Of a DNA stretch of 52,892 nucleotides, positions 21,029-30,808 are shown in pieces. Position 1 is the first letter of the stretch. Each line of letters begins with the position of its first letter. Position numbers and translations under genes: made by a program. Source of the stretch: Promethearchaeota archaeon (lineage in GTDB: Archaea > Asgardarchaeota > Lokiarchaeia > Sigyniarchaeales > SOKP01); NCBI GenBank assembly GCA_048939015.1, contig JBHLPW010000036.1:1-52892 (forward strand), read 5' to 3'. The notes under the pieces were generated by a model that was not told the DNA's origin, made no database searches, and saw nothing but the letters and a program-made list of their open reading frames with translations.

Positions 21029-21399
21029 TAATACCAAATATATTCATTGTTGAAGATGACCTAAATATTGTAAAATTATATATTAATGCTTTACAGGTTT
21101 TTGGACATATAGTAGTTGGGTGTGCATATGATGGAATGGAAGCAATTTTAAAATTTAAAGACTTTATGACAAAGCCAGATCTAATAATTATGGATCATCG
21201 AATGCCAATTAAAAATGGTATAGATACAATGAAAGAGATTTTAGAAATAGAACCTAATATGAAAATCATTTTTGCTAGTGCAGATATTCAAATTAGAGAT
21301 ATTGCCATGAAAGCAGGGGCAATAAGTTTTCAGGAAAAACCCTTTTCCATAATACAATTAAAAGAAAAAATTAATAAAGCTTTAGATCCGAAAGGTTAA
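21025..21399 (+). CDS. Stand-alone response regulator receiver
   Basis: IFIVEDD, PDLIIMDHRMPIKNG, FASA and EKPF motifs; overlaps the kinase stop codon. Confidence 0.93.
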   Translation: MIIPNIFIVEDDLNIVKLYINALQVFGHIVVGCAYDGMEAILKFKDFMTKPDLIIMDHRMPIKNGIDTMKEILEIEPNMKIIFASADIQIRDIAMKAGAISFQEKPFSIIQLKEKINKALDPKG

Positions 21400-21528
21400 T
21401 ACGTAATTTTTTGAGAACAATTAGAATCGTAAACCTCTTCAATTTAATTGATAAAGCTTTTAAATTATTGAAATAATTTCAACTTACAAAGAAATCTATT
21501 CTTTAATTTAAAGTGAGGTGGAAATCAA

Positions 21529-21831
21529 ATGGCTCATATTTTAGTTACAGGTTGGACTCCACAGAACAAAGGAAATGAAATGTTAAAGGTATATACAGCT
21601 AAAGATAAACCAGCATATCCTGATTTTATAAAAAGAGTACAGCATTGGATGGTAATGTCAACAGAGGGTATGCTTAAAACTTATGCTGTGTATGAATGCC
21701 CAGATGATAAAATAATGGAAGGGTTGAAAGCAATTGGTAGAAGATACACAGTCTATGCTCAAGTAGAAGGTTATAAATACTATCCCGAAGTATTATTTGA
21801 TGCCCAAGAAATAATCAAGATGATGCTATAA
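21529..21831 (+). CDS. Small hypothetical protein (possible dimeric alpha-beta barrel)
   Basis: Strong SD (GAGGTGG) before ATG; a conserved paralog fragment exists at 18797-18896. Confidence 0.75.
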   Translation: MAHILVTGWTPQNKGNEMLKVYTAKDKPAYPDFIKRVQHWMVMSTEGMLKTYAVYECPDDKIMEGLKAIGRRYTVYAQVEGYKYYPEVLFDAQEIIKMML

Positions 21832-21894
21832 TGCCAAAATTTTTAAAAAAATTAAACAATTCTTTTTTTTAATTATTCTTATAGGTGTATCTAA

Positions 21895-22839
21895 TTGTAT
21901 ATTGTATTAAAATCGAATTATTCACAGAGTAAATATGAAAAAATACTTAGTAATCTACGAGAATCTTTAATTAACTATTTTGCAAATAATGTTCAGCATG
22001 AAGATTTAAAAGAAGCAGAATCTTGGTATGAACGAATTGAAAATATTATTAAATCTGGAAGGGATAATTTTACAAGTTTTGAAATCAGAAAGGAAGATGA
22101 TATTTTAGGATTCTTAATTTTTAGACATATAAACCAAAATTTCGCTTTAATTAGGCATTTTTATATACTAAATACCACTAATAGAGAAGAAGTTGCATTT
22201 ATTCTTTTAAGAGAAGCCATTAAAAAGTTAAAATCTACTAATGAGGATATCAAATTTGATAATGCTGCATTTACTTTTCCAGAAGACTACTTAGCGAATC
22301 CACTAAAAAGACTTGGATACAGTATAGTGAAAAGATATAATATGACACTGATCTTAGATACGTTTAATAAAACATATGAGTTGTTACCTGAATATTCCTT
22401 TACTCACTTTAATGAAATTGACTTTTTAGAAATAGCAGAACTATGTGTTGATGCTTTCAAAAATCATCCAGATACAACTTTTTGGGAAGACATAAATTCA
22501 GTTCCTCTTTATTTAGAATATTTGAAAAATAGTATGACTACTTATATGCTGAAAGATTGTTCATTTGTTGTAAGGGATAAAAAGGAACAAATTGTTGGAA
22601 TATGTCTTGTAGAAGATGGAGATCAAGAAGGTGAATTTATGATTCAAAACATTGCAGTTGAAAAAAATCTCAGAGGTAGAGGAATTGGAAGGGCTCTTCT
22701 TTCAAAATCCTTGAATAATATTCGGAAAAAAGGTTATAGAAAAGCAATTCTTACAGTTACTGAAGGGATTCCGGCTCAAAAAATGTATGAACGCTTTGGT
22801 TTTAAGAAATATAATTTATTTAATGTCATAGTGAACTAA
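21895..22839 (+). CDS. Tandem GNAT acetyltransferase
   Basis: C-terminal IAVEKNLRGRGIGRALL (acetyl-CoA motif A) and AQKMYERFGF; degenerate N-terminal GNAT. Confidence 0.88.
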   Translation: MYIVLKSNYSQSKYEKILSNLRESLINYFANNVQHEDLKEAESWYERIENIIKSGRDNFTSFEIRKEDDILGFLIFRHINQNFALIRHFYILNTTNREEVAFILLREAIKKLKSTNEDIKFDNAAFTFPEDYLANPLKRLGYSIVKRYNMTLILDTFNKTYELLPEYSFTHFNEIDFLEIAELCVDAFKNHPDTTFWEDINSVPLYLEYLKNSMTTYMLKDCSFVVRDKKEQIVGICLVEDGDQEGEFMIQNIAVEKNLRGRGIGRALLSKSLNNIRKKGYRKAILTVTEGIPAQKMYERFGFKKYNLFNVIVN

Positions 22840-23079
22840 AATTCTAAAACATGAAGGCTTGAATATCTTTCAATTATTTTCAATATAAGTATTCGTCTTC
22901 CATGGACAATATTTTATGTCTTTCTAAAATCTCTATATCTTTTTTTTTTTAAAATATCACCCTTTCTTTTCATGTTGTTTATCCCTTGAAGAAATCTACT
23001 TATGGGTTTATTAAGAATAAATTGATTCTTGTATATTGCTGGGATTTTTTATATCATGAAAATGATAATATACATAACC

Positions 23080-23754
23080 ATGAAAAAATATATAATCGAA
23101 GTAGATCCCTCACAGATAAAAAACTTTGGATTGGATTACCAAAAGATTTTCGAGGAATTTGATTATATAGAAGGAAAGAAGCTTTTAAAACTTGATTTTG
23201 AGAATAATCGCAAATTTTTGGTGCTCGATATCCATTTAAAGCCCAAGAAACAATTAATGAGTAGCTATGCTGACGGAAATTTCAAAATACTTGAAGTTTT
23301 TCATTCTGAAAGAGTCATCCATACTTGTCTAGTGAGTTTGAACTTTTCTCAGACTATTTTTGCGAAGGATATTCATAATAAAGAGATGTTTTCATTATTT
23401 GATGATATAATCTTTGACCTTCCCTTTTTTGGAAACAAGTCAAAATTTACTTTTTCCCTCATAACAGAAAATAAATATCTTGATCCTTTTTTTACTCAAC
23501 TCCAAAAGTACGGGAAGATAAAATTAATAAGTGTCCAAAAACCAGATCAATCCTCGGAAGACCTCCTTGATGGTCTCACTCCACGCCAGCGGGATGCCAT
23601 CCTTCTTGCAAAGGAACTTGGTTATTATGAATGGCCTCGAAAGATGAATGCGGGGCAAATTGCAGAATACATGAATATTACGAAATCCACGTTTGTGGAA
23701 CATTTGCGAAAAGCGGAAAATGCAATTATTAAACAAATTCTTATGGGTTTATAA
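23080..23754 (+). CDS. HTH_10 (bacterio-opsin activator-type) transcription regulator
   Basis: LTPRQRDAILLAKELGYYEWPRK...IAEYMNITKSTFVEHLRKAE motif. Confidence 0.9.
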   Translation: MKKYIIEVDPSQIKNFGLDYQKIFEEFDYIEGKKLLKLDFENNRKFLVLDIHLKPKKQLMSSYADGNFKILEVFHSERVIHTCLVSLNFSQTIFAKDIHNKEMFSLFDDIIFDLPFFGNKSKFTFSLITENKYLDPFFTQLQKYGKIKLISVQKPDQSSEDLLDGLTPRQRDAILLAKELGYYEWPRKMNAGQIAEYMNITKSTFVEHLRKAENAIIKQILMGL

Positions 23755-23844
23755 ACTAGGTTCATTTCAACCTTTGTTGTATTATCGAAATCTGGTTAAA
23801 ATGGAGAAAAATTTACAAATTCAGTTTATAAGCATTAATTTATT

Positions 23845-23860
23845 CCCGTACATGTACGGG
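23845..23860. promoter_or_regulatory. Perfect 16-bp palindrome CCCGTACATGTACGGG, candidate operator
   Basis: GC-rich palindrome in an AT-rich intergenic region, between a TATA-like TTTATAA (~23825) and the ATG at 23896. Confidence 0.6.
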
Positions 23861-23895
23861 GTGTATTATTTTTTATTAGAAATGTTATATATAAT

Positions 23896-24699
23896 ATGAA
23901 AAAATTATCTAAAAAAAAAATCGGAAAACTCGGATTATATGAATTTCAAGCATATATAGGGGCTATGACAAGCCCAACTTTTGGAGGATGGAAAGGAACT
24001 AATAGACTAATTGAAGTATTAAAAATAAATGAAACCAAGAAACCAAAAATCTTAGAAGCAGGATGTTCGACAGGTTATATCACCAGGTATATTGGAGAAA
24101 AATTCAATTGTGAGATTACAGGTATTGATTTAGGCGATCTCGTATTAGAAATAGCCTGCAAAGAAACACAGAAATCAAACCTAACAAATGTTCTTTTTCA
24201 AAAAGCGAATGTAGAAAATTTGCCTTTTTCCGATAATTCATTCGATATTGTTTTCGGTGAAGCAATTACGGCACTTGTACCAAATCCAATCAAGGTTCTT
24301 AAGGAATATAAACGAGTTCTAAAACCAAACGGCAAAATAGGTACTCTAGACTTATTTATGAAGGAATCTCTAAGTTTAGAATTAGTGGAAGAGATAAGTA
24401 AGATTATGTCCATTGTTATAGGGGCACCGATTAGAATCAGAACTTTTCAAGAATGGGAACAGATTTTTATTGAATCTGGATTTAATGATATTAAAATGAA
24501 TGAATATTATGATGAAATCTTTAAAAGATCTTATTCATTTGGTGAACTCGTAAAAATAATGTTTAAAATGCTTTACTATATGATTGTGAACAAAGAAATG
24601 CGAAAAAAATTATCTCCTACACTGAAATTCTCAAGAAAATTTCAAAAGACCCTAAAAGAAGGTCATTTTGGGTATCTTATTTTCACAGGGACAAAATAG
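23896..24699 (+). CDS. Class I SAM-dependent methyltransferase
   Basis: ILEAGCSTG, TGIDL, ANVENLPFSDNSFDIV and RVLKPNG motifs. Confidence 0.9.
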   Translation: MKKLSKKKIGKLGLYEFQAYIGAMTSPTFGGWKGTNRLIEVLKINETKKPKILEAGCSTGYITRYIGEKFNCEITGIDLGDLVLEIACKETQKSNLTNVLFQKANVENLPFSDNSFDIVFGEAITALVPNPIKVLKEYKRVLKPNGKIGTLDLFMKESLSLELVEEISKIMSIVIGAPIRIRTFQEWEQIFIESGFNDIKMNEYYDEIFKRSYSFGELVKIMFKMLYYMIVNKEMRKKLSPTLKFSRKFQKTLKEGHFGYLIFTGTK

Positions 24700-24810
24700 A
24701 GATTCATTAAATATAATTAGAAAGTGAACTTAGAAATATTTAATTAATTTATGCTTAAGATGAATTTAATCGTAATTAATTTCTCTTAAAAGGTTATAGA
24801 AAAGCTATTC

Positions 24811-25257
24811 TTATAATTCTAGAACTTGAAGTCTTGAATATCCTTCATTAATAAAATCATAGTCAAGAAGCTCAATTTTTTCAGGAATTATTTTCAATAT
24901 AAGTTTTCTTCTTCCTCGGACGATATTTTGTGCTTTTTTGAACTCTTCATCTCCTTCTTTTAAAAATATCAACCTTTCTTTTCCTGTTGCAGTAATTTGC
25001 ATACCTTGAATCTTTCCTTCAGACATTGGAGTATAAATTCCAATACTTATAATAGGATTCTCTTCTATATTCCTTACTTTCCTTCCAGGAGCGGGACCTA
25101 CATATATATTAAAACTATCTTTTTCTGTATAAAAATCCATGGGAGTTGCTCGAGGAATATTGCTGTGACATGTACAAAGTACTAGTACTTTCCTGTTATT
25201 TAAAAATTTGCGAATTTCTGCCTTGAGAATATCTAAAGGCATTTCTTTTTTACTCAT
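24811..25257 (-). CDS. Pyridoxamine 5'-phosphate oxidase-like split-barrel (FMN/F420-binding) protein
   Basis: LVLCT...PRATPM, RKVRNIEENP.ISI and GMQITATG motifs. Confidence 0.8.
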   Translation of the reverse strand: MSKKEMPLDILKAEIRKFLNNRKVLVLCTCHSNIPRATPMDFYTEKDSFNIYVGPAPGRKVRNIEENPIISIGIYTPMSEGKIQGMQITATGKERLIFLKEGDEEFKKAQNIVRGRRKLILKIIPEKIELLDYDFINEGYSRLQVLEL

Positions 25258-25335
25258 TTTAAAATATCATTCTATAAATTTTATTTTGATAATAATGGAA
25301 AAGGAATAAAATAAGATAAATCTTCAAAAAAAATT

Positions 25336-26490
25336 TTAAAATCCGACTATACTTGTAGGAGTGAAATCCATATTTGAGTCAACAGCCGCCCTTACATAAG
25401 GAGAAACAGGACCATTGGCTAATACCATAATCTTAATCTTGGAACCCATATCAGGTTTATTCTGAACTCCAAATTTTAATTGAGCTTCTTCAGGGATTTC
25501 ATTTGAGATAGTAGATACTACTTTATCGACTTTTGATAAAGTTAAAGTATGATCACCTGTTACTGATACTAAGCATCTGTTCACTTGTCTAGGATCTGGC
25601 TTTAGAAGAGGATTATTTAATGCTAATTTTGCTTTTTCAATTAAATCAGAGTCATCTCCTATACATTCTGCAATTCCTACTAATCCTGAAGGATATTTTC
25701 CGTTAGGGTTTTCTAAAAGTGTTTTTTTCACATCTGCGAAATCTATATTAACTAAACCACAATTATTAATTAAATTAACAACTTCACCTATATTCCTTAT
25801 TAGGATTTCGTCCATGATCTTAAATCCTGTAATCATGGGTATTTTTCCAACTATCCCCAATAAATTGTCGTTTGGAATTGGAATTAGAAAGTCCGAATAT
25901 TGAGCAAGATTTTTTAAGCCTAATTGAGCCCTTACTGTTCTTTGTTTACCCTCAGATGTGAATGGAAGTGAACAAAAGGTAACAACGATAGCATTGTTTT
26001 TTTTTGCTTCTGATGCAATAACAGGCGCTGCTCCTGTTCCTGTGCCACCACCTAGTCCACATGTTAAAAAGATAATATCAGCGTTTAATGTGTTGCTCAG
26101 CCTTTCACGATCCTCTTCTGCAGCTTCAGCACCGACTGAGGGATCATTACCTGAGCCTAATCCATTACAACGTTCTTTTCCTATGAGGATTTTGTGTTTT
26201 GAATTTGAATAATATAAATCATGTGCGTCAGTATTAATATTAATAGTTTCAGCATGACTGATACCCATATCTTCTAATCTAGAAACTGTATTATTACCTG
26301 CTCCTCCAACACCAACTACATATGTCTTAATTTTCAAAACTTTTAAAAGATCTGCCAAAAACTTGTCATCATCACAATTTGGATTAGAATTAGGATTTTG
26401 GTTATGGGTTGCTATTTCATTAAACCTTTCTCTTACTGATGCTCGGGATTTTGCAAGTTCAACTAAATCAAAAATTTCATCATTACTCAT
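25336..26490 (-). CDS. ftsZ: Cell division protein FtsZ (divergent paralog)
   Basis: VGVGGAGNN, INTDA, GLGSGNDP, GLGGGTGTGAAP, PFTSEG, IPNDNL, T7 loop NIDFADV and NPLL. Confidence 0.9.
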   Translation of the reverse strand: MSNDEIFDLVELAKSRASVRERFNEIATHNQNPNSNPNCDDDKFLADLLKVLKIKTYVVGVGGAGNNTVSRLEDMGISHAETININTDAHDLYYSNSKHKILIGKERCNGLGSGNDPSVGAEAAEEDRERLSNTLNADIIFLTCGLGGGTGTGAAPVIASEAKKNNAIVVTFCSLPFTSEGKQRTVRAQLGLKNLAQYSDFLIPIPNDNLLGIVGKIPMITGFKIMDEILIRNIGEVVNLINNCGLVNIDFADVKKTLLENPNGKYPSGLVGIAECIGDDSDLIEKAKLALNNPLLKPDPRQVNRCLVSVTGDHTLTLSKVDKVVSTISNEIPEEAQLKFGVQNKPDMGSKIKIMVLANGPVSPYVRAAVDSNMDFTPTSIVGF

Positions 26491-26745
26491 TTATTATCAA
26501 CACAAAAATAGTATCTAGATAATACACACATATTTTGAATTAAAAATGGAAGAAATATCTGTGTAATACGTTAAATCATATTTAAATTATTTAATGATTT
26601 TTTTATTAAAACGATGAAATTTTAACCAATATACATAAATAGTATGATATCAATTTTTTCTTTTGAAAAAGAAGACAAATCAGTTAAGAGAATAAATTTA
26701 TAAGTCTATATTATCATGATAGTCATGGTTTCGGGGTAAAAAAAA

Positions 26746-26985
26746 ATGGAAATTGATAAAATTCAAGGCAACGGTAAGGAGTCAGTAGAATCATCAGAAA
26801 ATAGTGAATTAATTAAAGTGAGAGCTATAATTACTTGTCCAAATGGTGATTACAAGAAGACGTTCAAAAATCAATTTCCACGAAAGGATATAGAGTTGAT
26901 GGTTGTTTCTCTAAAAATTTTCGATTGGATGGTATGCCATCGCTGTGGAGAATTACTTAATCTTAATTTGGAATTTAATATCTAA
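26746..26985 (+). CDS. Small zinc-binding hypothetical protein
   Basis: CPNGD...CHRCGE motif. Confidence 0.6.
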   Translation: MEIDKIQGNGKESVESSENSELIKVRAIITCPNGDYKKTFKNQFPRKDIELMVVSLKIFDWMVCHRCGELLNLNLEFNI

Positions 26986-27020
26986 TTTATAATAAAACTA
27001 ATTTGTTAGAATAAGATTAA

Positions 27021-28331
27021 TTACAAGTCAAAATTAATTTTACCATAAGTTCCTCCACCACCTGGAGTATATTCAATCTCATTATTTCTAAGTGCTTTTA
27101 TTACAGTTCCAATAGTCTGATCATACTTTTCAATTACTTGAATTGGGATATCTATTAAGATCTCAAATTCCGTTCCAAGTTCCTGAATTATTTTATTATA
27201 TTCATTAGACACAGTTTTACTTGTTGCACTTTTAATACCTTTTACTGACCGGATAATATCTACTAAAGGTATAGCATTGATATAGAGAGGTCTATGATCT
27301 GGGTGCTTAGGTTCTGAATATGTAGAAATTTTTTCAATTCTTTCACTAACTCCTAGTTTAACCTTAAAATTTTTATTGAATTCTTCTTTACAAGCCGGAC
27401 AATTAACCTTATTTTTGGAAACTTGTTCTAAATAATTTAATCTTGAAGATATAGGATCATTTGAATAGTAGATAACAAAATTATCTGTTATTGAGTATTG
27501 GTTAAAAATTTCACTTACTTTTTTTTTAGCATTCTTGAATAATATCCTTCTTCTGCATTTATTACAAAACATATTGTAATATTTCCCGAGCTTAGGATGT
27601 AGACCTACATTAAGATTGATCCTTCTTCCATTTTTTCTTTCTAATGCTAATACAATTTCATCGAACGATGGATTATCAGTATCAAATCTATTAAACTCTC
27701 GACCTAAAGAACGTGGATCTTGTGAGTGAGCATCACTATTGCTTAGAAATGATACATTTTCTAGGGCTTTCAAGCGATCTGCCAAATCTGTATTAGCAGA
27801 AAGACCTAACTCAATAAAACTTACTTTTTTAGTTGCTCCTTCATAACAATCCTCAAGAGATTCAAATTTTCCTTGTCGAAAGATGGCTTTAAAAGGAGTA
27901 AATGCATGAGCAGGACCAATTATAGCTCCAGAATCTGAAATAATATCGACTAAGGCAGGGGGTGACAAATTCACTCTTGGTCTTCCGCCCCACTCACCCA
28001 AGATGTTTTTAGAATATGGTTTTAATTTATTCTGAATTTCTATAACAGAACTAAAATCAGGAAATAAAACCACATGATGTATACTTTCAATATCTTCAAT
28101 TTCTGTCTGTAGGATAAAACAAATATCTTTGTATAAAAATGAACCATCATTCTGTTTTTCTAAATTGTTTTTAATATATTTAAACCATTCTGGTTGTAAA
28201 ATATCACCTGTTCCAAGAAGGTTTAAACCTTTCTTCTTACAAGTCTCCAGCATAGTATCCAAATTCAACGATTTTGATACTGCAATTGAATGAGGACTAT
28301 GAATATGGAGATCAGCGTTAAATATATCCAT
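27021..28331 (-). CDS. endoQ: Endonuclease Q family (PHP domain plus Zn finger) DNA repair protein
   Basis: DLHIHS, GTGD, GPAHAFTP, ELGLSA, NSDAHS, LGREFN, GKYY..C..C, CPAC, GVSER and PGGGGTYG motifs. Confidence 0.85.
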   Translation of the reverse strand: MDIFNADLHIHSPHSIAVSKSLNLDTMLETCKKKGLNLLGTGDILQPEWFKYIKNNLEKQNDGSFLYKDICFILQTEIEDIESIHHVVLFPDFSSVIEIQNKLKPYSKNILGEWGGRPRVNLSPPALVDIISDSGAIIGPAHAFTPFKAIFRQGKFESLEDCYEGATKKVSFIELGLSANTDLADRLKALENVSFLSNSDAHSQDPRSLGREFNRFDTDNPSFDEIVLALERKNGRRINLNVGLHPKLGKYYNMFCNKCRRRILFKNAKKKVSEIFNQYSITDNFVIYYSNDPISSRLNYLEQVSKNKVNCPACKEEFNKNFKVKLGVSERIEKISTYSEPKHPDHRPLYINAIPLVDIIRSVKGIKSATSKTVSNEYNKIIQELGTEFEILIDIPIQVIEKYDQTIGTVIKALRNNEIEYTPGGGGTYGKINFDL

Positions 28332-28390
28332 CAGTTATTAAAAATCATACTTTAATAAAAACATTTTAATAACCTATTAATTATATGTTT

Positions 28391-29440
28391 TTAATTTAGG
28401 ATAAGCATTTTATCTTTTATTTGATCAGTCAATAAAATACGATAGTATTCTAAAGAATTTCTAAAATTGACTTTTTCTAATTTTCCTTCTATTAAAACTT
28501 TCTCTCCTTCTTTAGCTTGTTCACAAAACCGCCCTCTAAATGAGTTAATTTCATTTATATCGCTTGAGTTAATATTATTTAATTTCAAAGTACTTTCGAG
28601 AATTTTTTGAGGTTTTATTTTGTATGAACATGGTGTAAAAATTGAATCTCTTGAATCTAAAATTTCAGCTTTGAGTTTAATTCTCCCAAGATTTTTATAT
28701 TGGTAATCATAAAAATTACCTTTCCAATCAATAGGACTTTTTATGTATCTTATAAAGAAATCAAGTTCCATAAATTTGCCTTGATGTAACTTTCTTCGCT
28801 CACTTCTTAAAAAATCTTCAAAGGGAATATCAGAACCACCAACTCTCCAATCATAATGAAATTTATATTCTTCATTATTATAATTCCGAATTTTATCAGA
28901 ACTCTTAAAGATCTGGCCCATTTTTTCATGGAATTTCAGAGAAGTTTCTGTACCATATATTATTAGATCAATATCAGAATCTTCAGTATTCAATCCTACC
29001 ATTGTTGATCCTGTAATCCCTATTGAATCTTCAGAAATATCTCCTTGCGAAATTAATAATTCACATAATTCTCTTGACTGAATTTCAATACTAGTTAAAT
29101 ATTTTCTTTCTAGTAGCTTTTTAAAAAATTTTCTTGGAGTATGAATTTCGTTTATTTCTTTCTTACGCACTCCTTGAACCTCTAAATCGAGTTCTTTCGA
29201 AAAGAAAAGATACTTTGGGTACCTTTCTTTCAAGAGGGCATATCTATTGTCTAATTGGTAGATTTTTTTATATTTGGTACCATTCTTTATCCGGTCTCCT
29301 TCTAATGAAGGAAAAAATCTCAAAAAACATATGATATAATCATCTGGATGGAGAAGACCTTTTACATCAAAAAATAAATTAGTGTTTTTAGTTTCTATAT
29401 AATCTCCTTCAATTGCCTGCAAATTTTTCATGAACTTCAC
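28391..29440 (-). CDS. Archaeal predicted nucleotidyltransferase (COG1665-like)
   Basis: FDVKGLLHP, FLRF.P, GITGS...SDIDLIIYG and SFRGRFCEQAKEGE motifs. Confidence 0.8.
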   Translation of the reverse strand: MKFMKNLQAIEGDYIETKNTNLFFDVKGLLHPDDYIICFLRFFPSLEGDRIKNGTKYKKIYQLDNRYALLKERYPKYLFFSKELDLEVQGVRKKEINEIHTPRKFFKKLLERKYLTSIEIQSRELCELLISQGDISEDSIGITGSTMVGLNTEDSDIDLIIYGTETSLKFHEKMGQIFKSSDKIRNYNNEEYKFHYDWRVGGSDIPFEDFLRSERRKLHQGKFMELDFFIRYIKSPIDWKGNFYDYQYKNLGRIKLKAEILDSRDSIFTPCSYKIKPQKILESTLKLNNINSSDINEINSFRGRFCEQAKEGEKVLIEGKLEKVNFRNSLEYYRILLTDQIKDKMLILN

Positions 29441-29451
29441 AATTTTAATAA

Positions 29452-30609
29452 TTAGTAGCCTGAAGGAGTTTTTGATTTAATATTAGAGGGAGTCTTCGTC
29501 TTGATTGACGGTGATTTCTTTTTAATACGTCTCAATTCTCTTTCAAAAGCCTTTTTCTCATTTAGAAATCGCTGTTTATCTTTTTCTAACTTTTCTCTTT
29601 CTCTTCGAATAGTATTTTTTTCACTTTCTAAATTTAATTTTTGTTTTTCTAATTGCCTATATTCATTATTTAATCGTCTATATTTTTCTTCAAAAGTAGG
29701 AATTTTTCTATTTAAGGATTGGAACTTACTTTCTGCTGCCGAGGTTTTCCTTTCTAATTCTTTAAGTCTTGCTTCTTGTTGTGTTCTTCTTCTTTTTAAA
29801 TCACTTGCATCTTTTTCAACTTTATCTCTATACTTTTTTAGATCTACTTTTTTCTTATCAATTTCACGAGTTCTTAAATCAATATCTTGTTTTTTATAAC
29901 GAGTTTTATCCCTCTCTTCTTTTAATTTTTTCTTTTCTTCATTTATTCGATTTCTTTCATCAGTAATCTCTCTCTGTAAGTTATGAATTTCCTTGTTTAG
30001 ATTATCTCGTTCATTGGTTTTATCTTTAATTTCATTTCTTAAATCCATCAACTTAGATTCTAAATCATTAATAGTTCTTTCTAAGGCACTTTCTCTTCTT
30101 TCCATCCCAGGTATTTTGGTTTTAATTTCCTTTATTCTTTTTTCCGTTCTTTCTTTCTCCCATTCTAAATTCTTTTTTTGATCTGAAATATCCTCTCTTA
30201 ATCTATCTAAGTTCTCTTGAAATTTTTCTAATTGTGCATTTTTTTGATCTAATTCCTCATTCTTTCTTCTGATTTTTTCTCTAAATTGTTGTTCTTTGGT
30301 TGCTAACTCAATATTTCGCTGGGTGATTTGATTTTTTGTTTTTTCTAACTCATTCTGTAAATTATCTCGTTGTTCAAGGAGATATTTAATCTTAAGTTCC
30401 TTTTCTTTTCTTATTTTTTCAAGATCCTCAATATTTTCCTTATAATTTTCAATTTGATTAACAACTTTTTCCCATTCACTCTTTTCTTTGTCTAATTTAA
30501 TCCTTTCCTTCTTTAATTTTTTAAGTAACTTCTTATCAGGGATGAGGACTGATTCTTCATCTGGTGTTTTTTCTCGAATTTGATACTTAGGAATTGGTTC
30601 GTCGTTCAT
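29452..30609 (-). CDS. Long coiled-coil protein with KTPS-repeat tail
   Basis: About 330 aa of K/E/R/L heptad-rich sequence with no ATPase motif; C-terminus IKTKTPSNIKSKTPSGY. Confidence 0.8.
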   Translation of the reverse strand: MNDEPIPKYQIREKTPDEESVLIPDKKLLKKLKKERIKLDKEKSEWEKVVNQIENYKENIEDLEKIRKEKELKIKYLLEQRDNLQNELEKTKNQITQRNIELATKEQQFREKIRRKNEELDQKNAQLEKFQENLDRLREDISDQKKNLEWEKERTEKRIKEIKTKIPGMERRESALERTINDLESKLMDLRNEIKDKTNERDNLNKEIHNLQREITDERNRINEEKKKLKEERDKTRYKKQDIDLRTREIDKKKVDLKKYRDKVEKDASDLKRRRTQQEARLKELERKTSAAESKFQSLNRKIPTFEEKYRRLNNEYRQLEKQKLNLESEKNTIRREREKLEKDKQRFLNEKKAFERELRRIKKKSPSIKTKTPSNIKSKTPSGY

Positions 30610-30808
30610 AATAAAGGTATTTTTAATATATTCTATTAATAAAGTCATATTAATACTGACTCTAAAGTGTTTGCCAATCACGATTATAATTTCAAAAATA
30701 GAATTTTTCTTGATTCTATTTATATATCCTAATTTCTTTTATTCTCATATAATTATAGCAAAAAAATAAGTGATTAATAGTAAATATATAATCATTAGGG
30801 TTTGTACT

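Noticed and set aside
18739-21610. Calling the repeat-flanked kinase module a mobile element
   Set aside because: No integrase or transposase, and the repeats are diverged gene fragments rather than att sites or target-site duplications.
25336-26490. Asgard tubulin or CetZ
   Set aside because: GGGTGTG, NTDA, PFxxEG and NIDFADV are FtsZ-type motifs.
29501-30181. Plus-strand ORFs of 132, 65 and 62 aa
   Set aside because: F/L/S-rich antisense shadows of the K/E/R-rich coiled-coil gene.
29452-30609. SMC/Rad50 or ESCRT-III assignment for the coiled-coil protein
   Set aside because: No Walker motifs, hinge or CxxC hook, and it is too long and uniform for Snf7/Vps2-type proteins.
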